From assembly GCA_965219455.1 (NCBI GenBank), contig OZ244744.1:3904001-3968000 (forward strand): a DNA stretch of 64,000 nucleotides. The letters are read 5' to 3'. Positions within the stretch are counted from its first letter, which is position 1. Every line of letters starts with the position of its first letter. The notes under the pieces were generated by a model, which saw only the letters and a list, made by a program, of their open reading frames with translations, was not told where the DNA came from and did not search any database. The translations under genes were made by a program, and so were the position numbers. This DNA is from Candidatus Latescibacterota bacterium (lineage in GTDB: Bacteria; Latescibacterota; UBA2968; GCA-2709665). Of the stretch, positions 19,053 to 30,262 are shown in pieces.

Positions 19053-19256
19053 GTGTATTTTGTTGTGGAGGCAATAGACGCAATGGGCGCAATAACGGAA
19101 TGGGTAAAGGCAAGAAATTTGCAAAAGGGCCTGGAAAAGGGTCGTCGGGAAATGCAACAACAGGTCGAAGAATGGATTGCTGAGGAGACGGCAAGGGGGA
19201 CACGATTTCAGACACCTCCCCCTTTCAACAGAAACGGTGAGCCTCCCCCCCAATAA
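19053..19256 (+). CDS. Short hypothetical protein or C-terminal gene fragment
   Basis: KGLEKGRREMQQQVEEW...FQTPPP tail; weak start. Confidence 0.35.
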   Translation: MYFVVEAIDAMGAITEWVKARNLQKGLEKGRREMQQQVEEWIAEETARGTRFQTPPPFNRNGEPPPQ

Positions 19257-19382
19257 GGTCCCTGCATATCTGCCTTTCGCCAACCATGCCCGTGCGGTCT
19301 TCCGCACGGGCATGGTTGTTTCCGTCCACAACATCCATCGATTCAACCGTTCAGCGAATCGCTGGTTCTATCCGAAGGCGCC

Positions 19383-21113
19383 TCAACCACCACGCCTGGC
19401 CCTTGGCGGTTTCCCTCTTTTCTGCATCCTTGCCCAGGTATCGCGCAACGTAATCGTGCGGTTGAATACGAGCTTTTCGGGGGTCGAATCCGGGTCCACG
19501 CAGAAATATCCCAATCGTTCGAATTGAAATTGCGTGCCCGGCTCCGCGCCCTTGACCGTGGACTCCACAAAACAGCTCCGCCGCACCTCCAGGGATTTCG
19601 GGTTCACCGTTTCGCTGATGTCCCCGCCTTCGGCAACCTCCATCGGATTCTTGGCATTGAACAGCCGATCGTACAGGCGAACCTCCGCCTCAACCGCGTG
19701 CGCGGCAGAAACCCAGTGGATGGTACCTCGGACTTTTCGGCCGTCCGGTGTCGACCCGCCCCGGCTTTCAGGGTCAAACGTACACCGCAGTTCCACGATC
19801 TCTCCGTTTTGGTCCTTCATCACGTCTTGGCAGGTGATATAACAGGCCGCGCGGAGCCTGACCTCCCTCCCCGGGGCCAGCCGGCGGAATTTCCCTGGAG
19901 GATCCTCCATGAAATCGCCCTGTTCGATGTAGACTACCCTCGAAAGCGGCACGCTGCGAGTACCAGCGGATGGATCTTCGGGATTCACCTGCGCCTGGAA
20001 CGCTTCCTCCTTGCCCTCGGGGTAGTTTTCGATCACCACCTTCAACGGACTAATCACCCCCATCACGCGGGGCGCATGCCGATTCAGATAGGCCCGGATA
20101 TGAAACTCCAGGAGGTCGATCTCCGCAGTTGTATCTCGTTTGGACATTCCCACGCGGCGGATGAAATTCCGAATCGCCTCGGGGGGCACGCCCCTGCGCC
20201 GAAGTCCCGAGAGCGTGATCAGCCTGGGATCGTCCCATCCGGCAAGCAGACCGTTTTCGATCAATGGCCGCAGATGTCGTTTTCCCACCAACGTATGCGT
20301 GACGAACAGCTTGGGAAATTCGATCTGCCGCGAAGGGAAAATCCCGAGCTCTCGGATATACCAGTCATAAAGGGGGCGGTGGTCTTCGAATTCCTGGGAA
20401 CACAGGGAATGCGAAATCCCCTCGATCGCGTCCGACTGCCCGTGGGTAAAATCGTACATCGGATAGATGCACCATGTATTTCCCCGGCGGTAATGAGACG
20501 CCCGGAGGATGCGAAACATCACTGGATCACGCATGTTCATGTTGGGCGACGCCATATCGATCTTCGCCCTCAGGGTTCGCGTACCATCTGGAAATTCACC
20601 GGCCCTCATCCGCGCAAACAGATCCAGGTTCTCGTCGATGGACCGGTTTCGATACGGGCTTTCTCTTCCCGGCGAGGTCACCGACCCCCGGTATGTCCGG
20701 GTCGCAGCCGTGCTCAAATCGCACACGTAGGCTTTGCGCTTTTTGATCAATTTGACGGCGAATTCGTAGAGTTGTTCGAAATAGTCGGAGGCAAAATAGA
20801 GGCGGTCCTCCCAGTCAAACCCCAGCCATCGGATATCCCGCTGGATACCGTCGACATAGCTGGCCTCTTCCTTGGTGGGGTCGGTGTCATCAAAGCGGAG
20901 ATTGCAGACGCCGCCGAATTCCTCGGCAACCCAAAAATTGAGACAGATCGCCTTGGCGTGGCCGATGTGCAGATGCCCATTCGGCTCGGGTGGAAAGCGG
21001 GTCATCACACCCTCGTACCGGCCGGCCGCCAGGTCCTGTCGAATGGCGTCACGGATGAAATCCGAAGGGGTTTCGTCTTCAACGGCAGCACGGCCAGCGT
21101 CAGTTTTGTTCAT
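19383..21113 (-). CDS. glnS: Glutamine--tRNA ligase
   Basis: [57 protein letters not shown]. Confidence 0.92.
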   Translation of the reverse strand: MNKTDAGRAAVEDETPSDFIRDAIRQDLAAGRYEGVMTRFPPEPNGHLHIGHAKAICLNFWVAEEFGGVCNLRFDDTDPTKEEASYVDGIQRDIRWLGFDWEDRLYFASDYFEQLYEFAVKLIKKRKAYVCDLSTAATRTYRGSVTSPGRESPYRNRSIDENLDLFARMRAGEFPDGTRTLRAKIDMASPNMNMRDPVMFRILRASHYRRGNTWCIYPMYDFTHGQSDAIEGISHSLCSQEFEDHRPLYDWYIRELGIFPSRQIEFPKLFVTHTLVGKRHLRPLIENGLLAGWDDPRLITLSGLRRRGVPPEAIRNFIRRVGMSKRDTTAEIDLLEFHIRAYLNRHAPRVMGVISPLKVVIENYPEGKEEAFQAQVNPEDPSAGTRSVPLSRVVYIEQGDFMEDPPGKFRRLAPGREVRLRAACYITCQDVMKDQNGEIVELRCTFDPESRGGSTPDGRKVRGTIHWVSAAHAVEAEVRLYDRLFNAKNPMEVAEGGDISETVNPKSLEVRRSCFVESTVKGAEPGTQFQFERLGYFCVDPDSTPEKLVFNRTITLRDTWARMQKRGKPPRARRGG

Positions 21114-21216
21114 CGCAAACACCTCAAACAGGAGAATCTAAGCGGTTTGATAGCCAATAAAGCAGCTCTTCCCCCGCGCAATGGCTTGTCGAGCCGCGGA
21201 GGAAGCGTCTGAGAAG

Positions 21217-21240
21217 GTGGGGCAGACATTCCTGTCTGCC
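21217..21240. repeat. REP-like element
   Basis: GTGG followed by perfect hairpin GGCAGACA-TTCC-TGTCTGCC. Confidence 0.6.
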
Positions 21241-21304
21241 GGAATTCATGTGTTTCATTGAATTGATCCAAATCCGTTGCGATGCCGAATCCGTTGAGGT
21301 CCCT

Positions 21305-22297
21305 TCATCGATCCCCCCCGCGGCTCCCGTTCTCCTCTTCCGTGATCCATTCCGGCTCCACGAACAGGCTGCTGACCGACTCTCCGTTGTGAATTCTGCG
21401 AATGGCTTCCGCGAGCAGGGGCGCCACCGACAACGTCGCCAGTTTCGGGTGCGACTGAATCGCCGCGGGCCGGGGCACCGTATCCGATGTCACCACCTCC
21501 CGCACTTCGTCGAATGTGCAGAAGCGCTCGAGGGCATCGCCCGTAAAGAGGCCGTGGGTGCAGGTGATGGATATGTCGTTGACCTTCTGATCCCGGAGCC
21601 GGCGGATCAATTCGACAATCGTGCCGCCGGTGGCGATCTCATCGTCCAGGACGATCACTCGTTTTCCGCTGACGTCGCCCACTATCGCGTCGATGACGAC
21701 CTTCCGGTCGCTGATCCGGCGCTTGCTGCCCGCGGCCACCGGCAATCCCAGCATCCTGGCGAACTGCGCCGCCTCTTTCGCCCTTCCCAGGTCGGGCGAA
21801 ACCACCACCGTGTTCTCGAGGTTTCGGCCATGAAAGTGGCCTGCCAGTATGTGCAACGCGTTGAGGTGGTCCACGGGCACACTGAAGAAGCCATGCACCT
21901 GGGACGCGTGGAGCGTCATCGTGAGCACACGGCCGGCGCCGGCCGTGACGAGTAGATCCGCGACCAGCCGCGCGGCAATGGAGATCCGAGGCGCGTCCTT
22001 CTTGTCCGAACGGGCATAGCCGAAATAGGGGATCACGGCCGTCGTGCGGGCGGCCGATGCGCCCCTTGCCGCGTCCAGCATCTGCAACAATTCCATCAGG
22101 TGATCGTGAACGGGCATCACGAGCGGCTGTATGAGAAAGACATCGGCTTCCCGGCAGTTGGCATCGAGTTGCACCTGGATACAGCCGTTGCTGAACCGGT
22201 TCACCGTGGTTCGGCTGCGCGCAACGCCCAGGTTTTCGCAGATGCTATCGGCCAGTTCAGGGTGCGCCGTGCCGCCGAACATCACGATATCACGCAT
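21305..22297 (-). CDS. prs: Ribose-phosphate pyrophosphokinase
   Basis: PYFGYARSDKK, LHASQVHGFF, VSPDLG, LDDEIATGGT, THGLF. Confidence 0.93.
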   Translation of the reverse strand: MRDIVMFGGTAHPELADSICENLGVARSRTTVNRFSNGCIQVQLDANCREADVFLIQPLVMPVHDHLMELLQMLDAARGASAARTTAVIPYFGYARSDKKDAPRISIAARLVADLLVTAGAGRVLTMTLHASQVHGFFSVPVDHLNALHILAGHFHGRNLENTVVVSPDLGRAKEAAQFARMLGLPVAAGSKRRISDRKVVIDAIVGDVSGKRVIVLDDEIATGGTIVELIRRLRDQKVNDISITCTHGLFTGDALERFCTFDEVREVVTSDTVPRPAAIQSHPKLATLSVAPLLAEAIRRIHNGESVSSLFVEPEWITEEENGSRGGDR

Positions 22298-22407
22298 GGG
22301 TTGGACTCCGTTTCAAGGCTTCACGCTCAATGCAGATCCTCTCTCAAGAGGTCCAACTGAATGTGTCGGCGTAAACAAACTTCCGATTCTGCAAATCGGG
22401 GTGACCG

Positions 22408-23349
22408 TCAGGATTGCATCGACGCGATCCGAATGCCGTCAAGCTCCTCCGCGCTGAAAACTCCGGCTTCGAACAGGTTCAGATATTCTTGCGACACGCT
22501 CTGCCCGAAGATCATCGGATCGTCCGTATTGACGGTCACTTCCACACCTTGATCGAAGAGTGCGCGGATGGGATGTGTCGAAAGCGAGTCCACGGCGCCC
22601 AGCATGACGTTGCCGGACGGGCAGACGTGCAGGCGAATCCGGTTGTCTGACAACCAGCGCGTGACGCTCGGGGATTCCGCTGCGGCGATTCCGTGTTGTA
22701 CTTCGTGCAGCCCGAGTGCTTCCGCGGTCCCCCTCACCCGCTCAGCCCCGCCAAATTCACCCACGTGCGCCTTCAGTTTCATCCCTGCCGATCGCGCATG
22801 TCTGTAGAGCGGAAGCACGTCGTCGAGAGAACACGCGTGTTCGTCTCCGTAGAGGTCGATCGACCGGAACATGCCCGATTCGATGCCCGCGCGCGCGCGA
22901 TTTGCCATCACACTATCGCCGACGATCTCCCGCGGGATACCCAGTTCCGGCCTGAGATCAATCCGGTCGCGATTTCGCTCCACCAGGTCCTGGATGAACG
23001 ACGCAAACCCTGCCAGGCCGGTCTCGAAGTGCCCGGCCGACCGCACGTCGAAACTCATCTCAAGGCGCCGGACGCCGTCTTCTATCGCTTCTTCCACCGC
23101 CGCTCGGGCAGTGAATTCGCACGCTTTCCGGGAGTTGAGATAGGGGTACAGCGCTCTGCCCGCGTAGTCCTCCATTCCCTTGAGCCCGCGCATCGGGACG
23201 ACCGGCCGTTCCAGCGGGCGCCCGAGCCATCGCTCCACGTTCTCGATCCGCGTTCCGAAGTACGCGTGGCGGTGGAATTCGGCTTTCGGCGCTCGCTGAA
23301 TGGATGACAAATCTCCTTCGTCGAGCGCCCGCGCGAACGGTTTCGTCAT
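22408..23349 (-). CDS. Adenosine deaminase family protein
   Basis: PKAEFHRH, AHVGE, QHGI, CPSGN, NTDDP. Confidence 0.85.
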   Translation of the reverse strand: MTKPFARALDEGDLSSIQRAPKAEFHRHAYFGTRIENVERWLGRPLERPVVPMRGLKGMEDYAGRALYPYLNSRKACEFTARAAVEEAIEDGVRRLEMSFDVRSAGHFETGLAGFASFIQDLVERNRDRIDLRPELGIPREIVGDSVMANRARAGIESGMFRSIDLYGDEHACSLDDVLPLYRHARSAGMKLKAHVGEFGGAERVRGTAEALGLHEVQHGIAAAESPSVTRWLSDNRIRLHVCPSGNVMLGAVDSLSTHPIRALFDQGVEVTVNTDDPMIFGQSVSQEYLNLFEAGVFSAEELDGIRIASMQS

Positions 23350-23961
23350 TCTCGTCTCTTATCGTGCGTAGCTTCCGCCATCGGAGTCAGGGCGTCAAAT
23401 CCGTTTGACGGAAAACCGACTGCGCAACGGATGCTCTCACTGATCCGATTGGCATATGGATGCAATTCCCCATCCACCACATTATTACACCCCTCTGACA
23501 TATGAATCCATTCTCGGTTGGAGAGTTGTCTCGCGATATATCCGCACGTCCGGTTACTCCAAAACCGGATTGAAGGTCTCGAATCCCATATTTCTGCTGG
23601 TATCATCTACGAGTCCAACGCGACGTAGTCTGATCATTGCCAGTGAGGTACCACCGATCCCTTAAAAGACGATTACCTATTCAGAAATATACTTATTTCA
23701 CGGCCGAGCATAAGAAAAATCGCTGCACTCTGTCGCCTGCAGGATTGCACTGACAGAGGTCCCGCGCTGGTCATGGACAAGACCGCAGTTCAGCGAAAGG
23801 TCCGACAGGTGGTCAATGGTCAACAGTTGGCGGCTCAGGACCCGCCGGATCGCGTCTCAGCACCACGTCGTGACTACGGCCTTGTTCCTGGATTGCAAAA
23901 CTCAAGAGGCCGTAAGTCTCGCTGAGTTTCGGCAAGAGCCTACGGCCTGTTGAAAGATATT

Positions 23962-24035
23962 TGGCTGCCCCCCAGGGATTCGAACCCCGATACTACGGTC
24001 CAGAGCCGCATGTCTTGCCATTAGACGAGGGGGCA
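23962..24035 (-). tRNA. tRNA-Gln (CUG)
   Basis: TGCCCCCTCGTCTAATGGCAAGAC...CT-CTG-GA...GGTTCGAATCC...GGGGGCAGCCA. Confidence 0.95.
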
Positions 24036-24062
24036 GCCGCATCGGTTGTACGCATTGTCAGT

Positions 24063-25502
24063 CTATTGGGAAACGGTCTCCTTTTGTCCCAGCCTTTCCA
24101 GGCCGGTTTTCATTCGCCGGATGCAGGTTTCACGACCCAGAACCGACATCATTTCGAACAAGCCCGGACCCATGTTGGTACCGCTGAGCACGAGGCGTGT
24201 GGGGTGGATCAGTTTCCCGGCAGAAATTCCCAGTTGCCCTGAGAGCGTGCGCGTGGCGCCTTCAATCTCCCGTTCGCCGAAATCGGTTAGCGCCTCCAGC
24301 CTCGCGATCAATTCCTCAAGCCGCGAAGGCGTATCGATCTTCCAGTGTTTTTTTCGGGCTCTTTCTTCGTATACGTCCGGATCGTAGAAAAAGTATCCGT
24401 AATTCAAAAAGTCGCGCACGGTATGAATGCGCGGCTGCATCAGTTCCACGGCCTTGAGCAGACTCGCCTTCCGGGTTTTCGCATCTTCGGCCGATATCCA
24501 GCCGGCATCGATCCATTGATTTACAGCCATCTCCAGGAGTTCGGAAGCCGGTTTCGCCCGCAGGTGTTCCCCGTTCAGCCATTCCAGCTTGCGCTCGTCG
24601 AACTCCGCATTCTTCTTGAGCATCCCCTCAACGGAAAACGCCTGGATCAGTTCCTCGCGTGTAAACACCTCCCGGCCGTTTTTCGGTGCCCAGCCCTGAA
24701 GCGCCAGAAAATTGAACAACGCTTCGGGCAGATATCCCTGCTGCCGGTATTCCGTGACGGTCGTTGCGCCCTGGCGTTTGCTCAGCTTCCTGCCATCGGG
24801 CCCCATAAGCAACGTCGTGTGCGCGTACGCGGGTGCGGTCCATCCCAGAGCCTGAAAGAGCATCACCTGCTTGGGCGTATTGGAAAGGTGCTCTGCCCCT
24901 CGAATGACCAGAGTCACACCCAGATCGTGATCGTCGACGACCACCGCCAGGTGGTAAATGGGCGATCCGTCCGCCCGCAGGATGATGAAGTCCTCAACCT
25001 CACGGTTGTTCCATCGCTGGACGCCGCGGATCGGATCCTGCCAGAGCGTTTCGCCGTCAGGAACCTTGAAGCGCACCGTCGTGGGCCGGCCTTCGGCTTC
25101 AAAAGCCTCACGCTGCCCGCGCGCAATGTCCCGGTTGTATCGGACTCGCCGCCCCGCAGCCTGCGCCTGTTGCTGCATGGCGCGGACCTCTTCAGGGGTT
25201 TCGTACGCGTAATACGCGTGTCCGGTGTCCAGAAGCCTGTCTACCGCCTCACGGTGCGCCCTGGCGTTGCGGGATTGAATTATCGCCTCGCCGTCGAACG
25301 CAATGCCCAGCCATTCCAGACTGTCCAGGATCGTATTCAGAGAGGCTTCGGTAGACCGTTCCCTGTCGGTATCTTCAACGCGAAGATGCAGCCTGCCGCC
25401 ATAGCGCCGCGCGTACAGATAGTTGAACAGCGCCGTTCGGGCGTTCCCTACGTGAAACCCGCCCGTGGGCGAAGGCGCAAATCGCAAGATCGTGTTGGAC
25501 AT
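24063..25502 (-). CDS. gltX: Glutamate--tRNA ligase
   Basis: RFAPSPTGGFHVGNARTALFN, LRVEDTD, VVVDDHD, IRGAEH, KLSKR. Confidence 0.95.
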   Translation of the reverse strand: MSNTILRFAPSPTGGFHVGNARTALFNYLYARRYGGRLHLRVEDTDRERSTEASLNTILDSLEWLGIAFDGEAIIQSRNARAHREAVDRLLDTGHAYYAYETPEEVRAMQQQAQAAGRRVRYNRDIARGQREAFEAEGRPTTVRFKVPDGETLWQDPIRGVQRWNNREVEDFIILRADGSPIYHLAVVVDDHDLGVTLVIRGAEHLSNTPKQVMLFQALGWTAPAYAHTTLLMGPDGRKLSKRQGATTVTEYRQQGYLPEALFNFLALQGWAPKNGREVFTREELIQAFSVEGMLKKNAEFDERKLEWLNGEHLRAKPASELLEMAVNQWIDAGWISAEDAKTRKASLLKAVELMQPRIHTVRDFLNYGYFFYDPDVYEERARKKHWKIDTPSRLEELIARLEALTDFGEREIEGATRTLSGQLGISAGKLIHPTRLVLSGTNMGPGLFEMMSVLGRETCIRRMKTGLERLGQKETVSQ

Positions 25503-25677
25503 GGAAAAAAACGACTGGAAGTTAGAGGTAAGAAGTAAGAATCGAGGCGAGAACACCGTGAATGTCAGCGCAGTTGGTGTATCAGTCGCGGCGAAATCAG
25601 CGAATCGACCACGTGAGCCAACGCAAGTCCGGGGTGGAGTGGCCTTCTCGCCTCTTGCCTCTCACTGCATTCTAAAA

Positions 25678-25772
<95 letters not shown>

Positions 25773-25932
25773 GAATTATAAATTCAGTAACCTACTATAC
25801 TACCAAAACGTGCAGGCAAAATCAAGGAAAAACCTGTGACTCGAGGCCGGTTGCGCCGACCCGCGGGAACGCCGGCGTTTCATTTTCCGGGAGGGCTTGC
25901 CGATAGACGACACACGGGTCCTACCAGAATTC

Positions 25933-26021
25933 TGGCGGTGGGGGTGGGATTCGAACCCACGGATCCGGTTAGGATCAACGGTTTTCAAGACCGCCACGTT
26001 CGACCTCTCCGTCACCCCACC
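25933..26021 (-). tRNA. tRNA-Ser (UGA)
   Basis: GGTGGGG...CT-TGA-AA, long variable arm, GGTTCGAATCC, CCA end. Confidence 0.95.
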
Positions 26022-26067
26022 GTCACAACCGATACAGGCCTGACATCTGCGGCGATCCTACGGGAAA

Positions 26068-26095
26068 ATTACAGAAAACGGGCGTTCTCTGTCAA
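26068..26095 (-). promoter_or_regulatory. sigma70-type promoter for tRNA-Ser
   Basis: Minus strand TTGACA-16 bp-TGTAAT upstream of the tRNA. Confidence 0.5.
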
Positions 26096-26355
26096 GACCT
26101 TTGTCTCTCGAAACGGCTGACGCGCGGCCATCCGGACTCGACGGTTTCGGCATTGCGGATCGTCTTTTTTTTCCGGTCTCGCCGGTTCAAAATTGGGGTT
26201 GCGCCGCCCTGGCGATTTCTGTATTATTAGGCAAGTTTGAGGCGTTCTCGTGTGGCACGGATTCCGCACGCTTTTGCAGCCGCCTGCCTTGCCTGCGGCA
26301 GCAGGCAGGCGCGAAGACTGCGGTGGGTTTTAAGACAGATTCTCAAGGAGGCCCG

Positions 26356-27963
26356 GTGCCCCATGTCCATGCCAGGCTCGTAACCGGCGCGCAGATGGCA
26401 CGCATCGACCGCGGAGCCATCGAGCGTGGGGTTTCCGGCGTCCAACTAATGGAATGTGCGGGGCGTGGCGGTGCCCGGGTGCTTGGCGATCTTGTTAATG
26501 AATTCCCGGGAAAACGCATCGTCGTTCTCTGCGGCAAGGCCAACAACGGCGGCGACGGATTCGTTATTGCAGATCTCGCCGCGTCCGCGGGCGCTTCCGT
26601 CTCGGCTTTTCTGTTGGCATCGGAAGACCAGGTAAGGGGCGATGCACGCCACCACCTGGACCGCGCCCGGAAAAACGGCCTCGAGATCGCGGAAATTCGG
26701 GATTTCAATGATCTGGGACGCATCAGCCGCGCACTTTCCGGTGCATCCGCGGCGGTAGATGCCCTCCTCGGAACCGGAATGCGTGGCGGCCCCCGCGGGC
26801 TTGTAGCAGGTGCAATCGAAACGCTTCGGGATGTTTCCTGTCCCATCCTGGCCGTAGACGTCCCCTCCGGTCTGGATGCCGACACCGGCCGGACGGATGG
26901 GCCGTGTGCGGGGGCGACATGTACCGTTACGTTCGGACAGCCCAAAGTCGGCCAGTTTTTTTATCCCGGCCGCGCACTTTGCGGAACCCTGTATTGCGTG
27001 GACATCGGTCTGCCACAGGCAGCCGTCGACGCCGAGAACGTCAATGTGCAGCTTATTGCCGCGCACGGGGGCGCGCCACTTCTGCCCCGAAGACCGCCCG
27101 ACGCCCACAAGGGGGATTGCGGCCGGGTGGTCATTCTCGCCGGCTCAATGGGTTTCACGGGCGCGGCGGCGCTCTCGGCGCAGGGGGCGCTCAGATCCGG
27201 CGCCGGCCTGGTTCGGGTCGGCGTGCCGGAAAGCCTGAACGATATTCTGGAGGTCAAGCTCACGGAGGCGATGACCCATCCGCTTCCGGAGGTCCGAAAA
27301 CCCCGCTGCCTGGCCCTACGCGCCCGCGGTGAAATTCAGAGACTGGTTGCCGACGCCGACTGCGTCGCTCTCGGGCCGGGCCTGGGAACGCACAGGGAAA
27401 CCGTGCAATTGGTCCGACGGATCGTTCACGATATCCAGGCACCGCTCGTTCTGGACGCCGATGGCATCAACGCCCTCGCCGGAGCGGCGGACAACCTGAA
27501 AATGCGGGCCGCGCCAACCGTTGTCACGCCGCACCCGGGGGAATTCGCCCGTCTCACCGGTCTCGGTCACGAGGCCATTCGTTCCGATCCAATCGGTTCG
27601 GCGCAGACGCTGGCCGGGGAGGCTGACGTCATCGTGATCCTCAAAGGTGCGCCTACCGTTGTGGCCGTACCCGGCGGCCGCACGTACGTCAATCCCAGCG
27701 GCAACGCCGGCATGGCCTCGGGCGGCTCCGGAGACGTTCTCACGGGGATCCTCGCCGCCCTCCTGGGGCAGGGCATGGACCCCGAAACGGCGGCCTGCCT
27801 GGGTGTCTACATGCACGGCCTCGCCGGGGACCTGTGCGCGGAACGCAGCTGCGAGGCCGGGCTGATCGCGGGGGACATCGCGGCGGCGCTCCCGCGCGCG
27901 CGCCGCGTTATCGAGACAGGCGCGGATCGAGACCGATACATTCGATTCCATACGTTAAATTGA
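26356..27963 (+). CDS. nnr: Bifunctional NAD(P)H-hydrate epimerase/dehydratase (NnrE-NnrD)
   Basis: GTG after AAGGAGG; LMECAG, GKANNGGDG, DALLGTG, DVPSG, HKGDCG, GPGLG, TPHPGEF, GGSGDVLTG. Confidence 0.92.
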   Translation: MPHVHARLVTGAQMARIDRGAIERGVSGVQLMECAGRGGARVLGDLVNEFPGKRIVVLCGKANNGGDGFVIADLAASAGASVSAFLLASEDQVRGDARHHLDRARKNGLEIAEIRDFNDLGRISRALSGASAAVDALLGTGMRGGPRGLVAGAIETLRDVSCPILAVDVPSGLDADTGRTDGPCAGATCTVTFGQPKVGQFFYPGRALCGTLYCVDIGLPQAAVDAENVNVQLIAAHGGAPLLPRRPPDAHKGDCGRVVILAGSMGFTGAAALSAQGALRSGAGLVRVGVPESLNDILEVKLTEAMTHPLPEVRKPRCLALRARGEIQRLVADADCVALGPGLGTHRETVQLVRRIVHDIQAPLVLDADGINALAGAADNLKMRAAPTVVTPHPGEFARLTGLGHEAIRSDPIGSAQTLAGEADVIVILKGAPTVVAVPGGRTYVNPSGNAGMASGGSGDVLTGILAALLGQGMDPETAACLGVYMHGLAGDLCAERSCEAGLIAGDIAAALPRARRVIETGADRDRYIRFHTLN

Positions 27964-27974
27964 GAACCGGAACC

Positions 27975-28502
27975 ATGCCGGATATTCGCGAAAGCATCGA
28001 CGAGATGATCGAGGAGTCCTATCTCGTCGGTCTCACTGAAGGTGAAATCAGGGCGGATATGGAACGCTTCGTAAGCATCTGCGGCAGGGTTATCCGGGAG
28101 AATGTCCACGACAAGAAACAGACCCGCAGACTCACCGAACAACTGGCCAGAGCGAGGGCGCTGAGCCTGGTTGAAGACGCTTCCGGATCCAGGGACGACT
28201 CGGACCTTCTCATCCCCGACGCGGAAACGCGCACGTCGCCCCGGGGGCGTTACGCCGAAAAGGCGGCCCGCAACAAGCGTCTCATACTCCGGGTCATCAG
28301 GGAGTGCGATCCAAAACTGGAGCAACTCATCGAACAGGAGCGGTTTTCGGGTTCGATCCCGGAACCTTCCGCCCCGTCTCTACCCATTGACGGCAACACA
28401 CCCCGGAAGGGGGTAAGGGATCTCTTCCTGAAAACCTGTTTTGCCGTCACGCTGCTCTTCATCCTCCTGCTGGTCTACCTGGTTCTGCTGCAAAATGTTT
28501 GA
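27975..28502 (+). CDS. Hypothetical protein with C-terminal transmembrane helix
   Basis: ATG 12 bp after the nnr stop; C-terminal FAVTLLFILLLVYLVLL. Confidence 0.65.
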   Translation: MPDIRESIDEMIEESYLVGLTEGEIRADMERFVSICGRVIRENVHDKKQTRRLTEQLARARALSLVEDASGSRDDSDLLIPDAETRTSPRGRYAEKAARNKRLILRVIRECDPKLEQLIEQERFSGSIPEPSAPSLPIDGNTPRKGVRDLFLKTCFAVTLLFILLLVYLVLLQNV

Positions 28503-28507
28503 ACCTT

Positions 28508-28661
28508 GTGTCCTGTCCCAAAAATACCTCACCATTCGTCAGTCGATTCATCCCGTCTCGCTGCGTTGCCCTCGCTCGCCGACCTTGCGCAGGTCGGAGG
28601 CGCCTGCGAGCCGGGCGACTCGGCGGCCGAATTTCGGCAACTTATTTCCGGAACAGGACAC
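28508..28661. mobile_element. MITE family B, copy 1 (IS630-like ends)
   Basis: Terminal repeats GTGTCCTGTCCCAAAAATA / TATTTCCGGAACAGGACAC followed by TAG; homolog at 51646-51829. Confidence 0.75.
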
Positions 28662-28813
28662 TAGACCGCCATACGGTTCCACACTGCCTGCGATCATCCT
28701 CCTTTCTCAAGGACAGCCGCAGGCGTTTTTTTAAATGGAGTCCAGCCCCGTGATACCTGGGCCGGCGAATGATATCCTCATCCTCTATATAGTCGGCGAC
28801 CCCGGTTTAAATT

Positions 28814-30262
28814 ATGCCCCGGCGTAACGACATCCAGAAAATCATGCTCATCGGTTCCGGGCCGATCGTCATCGGCCAGGCCTGTGAGTTCGACTACTCC
28901 GGCGCGCAGGCCTGCAAGGCGCTCAAGGAAGAGGGATATACGGTTGTATTGTTGAACAGCAATCCGGCTACGATTATGACCGATCCGGAAATGGCTGACC
29001 GGACCTACGTGGAACCCGTTGCGCCGGAAGTATGCGCCGCCATCATCGAACGGGAGCGTCCCGACGCGCTTCTTCCCACGCTTGGTGGACAGACGGGCCT
29101 GAACGTGGCCATGGATCTCTACAACAGCGGGGTTCTCGAGAAATTCAACGTGGAGATGATCGGCGCAAAGGCCGAAGCCATCGAGAAGGCCGAAAACAGG
29201 GAACGCTTCCAGGCGGCAATGGCAAGGATCGGCGTTGAATTCCCGAATGGCAGATTCGCGCACAACGCGGAAGAAGCACGGGAAGTGATTGCCGAAATAG
29301 GCTATCCCGCCATCATTCGCCCGTCTTACACGCTCGGAGGTACCGGCGGGGGCACCGCCTATAACGCGGAAGAATACGAACACCTCGCGGTTCGGGGGCT
29401 GGAACTCTCGCCCACCACCGAAATCCTTGTCGAAGAGTCCATCATCGGATGGAAAGAGTTCGAACTGGAGGTCATGCGCGATCTGAAGGACAACGTCGTC
29501 ATTATCTGTTCCATCGAAAACTTCGATCCCATGGGAATCCATACCGGCGACTCCATTACGGTGGCGCCGGCGCAGACTCTTACCGACAAAGAGTACCAGG
29601 CGATGCGGGACGCGTCCATAGCGGTTATCCGGGAGATCGGCGTGGAAACGGGCGGTTCCAATATTCAGTTCGCGCTGAATCCGCGGGATGGACGCATCGT
29701 CATCATCGAAATGAACCCCCGGGTATCCCGGAGTTCCGCACTGGCCTCGAAAGCAACCGGATTCCCCATTGCGAAGATCGCCGCCAAACTCGCCGTGGGA
29801 TACACACTGGATGAAATCCGGAACGACATCACCCGGGAAACGCCCGCCTCATTCGAGCCGACCATCGACTACTGCGTGGTCAAGATTCCACGGTGGACTT
29901 TCGAAAAGTTCCCGCAGACAGAAGACCTGCTGGGTACTCAGATGAAGTCCGTGGGTGAAACCATGGCAATCGGGCGGACGTTTAAAGAGGCCTTTCAGAA
30001 GGGACTGCGTTCCCTCGAAATCGGCCGTGCCGGCTTCGGGGCCGACGGGAAGGACCTGGCAATCCGGGCACTGGACCGCGCCGTCGTTGAACACCGGTTG
30101 CGAGTGCCCAATTCCCAGCGGATCTTCTATCTCAAGGCCGCTCTGGAAATGGGTTGGCCCATATCCGAACTTTTCGACCTGACTGGAATCGACCCCTGGT
30201 TCCTCGAGAACCTGCGACAGATCACCGAATTCGAAAAGGAACTCGCGGGCCTCATCGCGTGA
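28814..30262 (+). CDS. carB: Carbamoyl-phosphate synthase large subunit, N-terminal section
   Basis: [48 protein letters not shown]; ends in the oligomerisation domain (IDPWFL...). Confidence 0.93.
   Translation: MPRRNDIQKIMLIGSGPIVIGQACEFDYSGAQACKALKEEGYTVVLLNSNPATIMTDPEMADRTYVEPVAPEVCAAIIERERPDALLPTLGGQTGLNVAMDLYNSGVLEKFNVEMIGAKAEAIEKAENRERFQAAMARIGVEFPNGRFAHNAEEAREVIAEIGYPAIIRPSYTLGGTGGGTAYNAEEYEHLAVRGLELSPTTEILVEESIIGWKEFELEVMRDLKDNVVIICSIENFDPMGIHTGDSITVAPAQTLTDKEYQAMRDASIAVIREIGVETGGSNIQFALNPRDGRIVIIEMNPRVSRSSALASKATGFPIAKIAAKLAVGYTLDEIRNDITRETPASFEPTIDYCVVKIPRWTFEKFPQTEDLLGTQMKSVGETMAIGRTFKEAFQKGLRSLEIGRAGFGADGKDLAIRALDRAVVEHRLRVPNSQRIFYLKAALEMGWPISELFDLTGIDPWFLENLRQITEFEKELAGLIA

Noticed and set aside
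19524-21212. 562-aa plus-strand ORF (likewise 24345-25538, 30127-31326, 39013-40095, 55466-56524)
   Set aside because: Antisense shadows of glnS, gltX, carB, the S1 gene and flotillin
23346-23606. 86-aa minus-strand ORF upstream of adenosine deaminase
   Set aside because: No recognisable motif and atypical composition
25505-25545. Degenerate heptamer tandem (GAAGTTA/GAGGTAA/GAAGTAA) before gltX
   Set aside because: Only 3-4 imperfect units of a common intergenic low-complexity type; no associated gene
25933-26021. Long-arm tRNA as a selenocysteine or suppressor tRNA
   Set aside because: The anticodon is UGA (reads UCA, Ser), not UCA, and the acceptor stem is a normal 7 bp
28499-28753. ORF similar to 51561-51875
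   Set aside because: Both are translations of MITE family B
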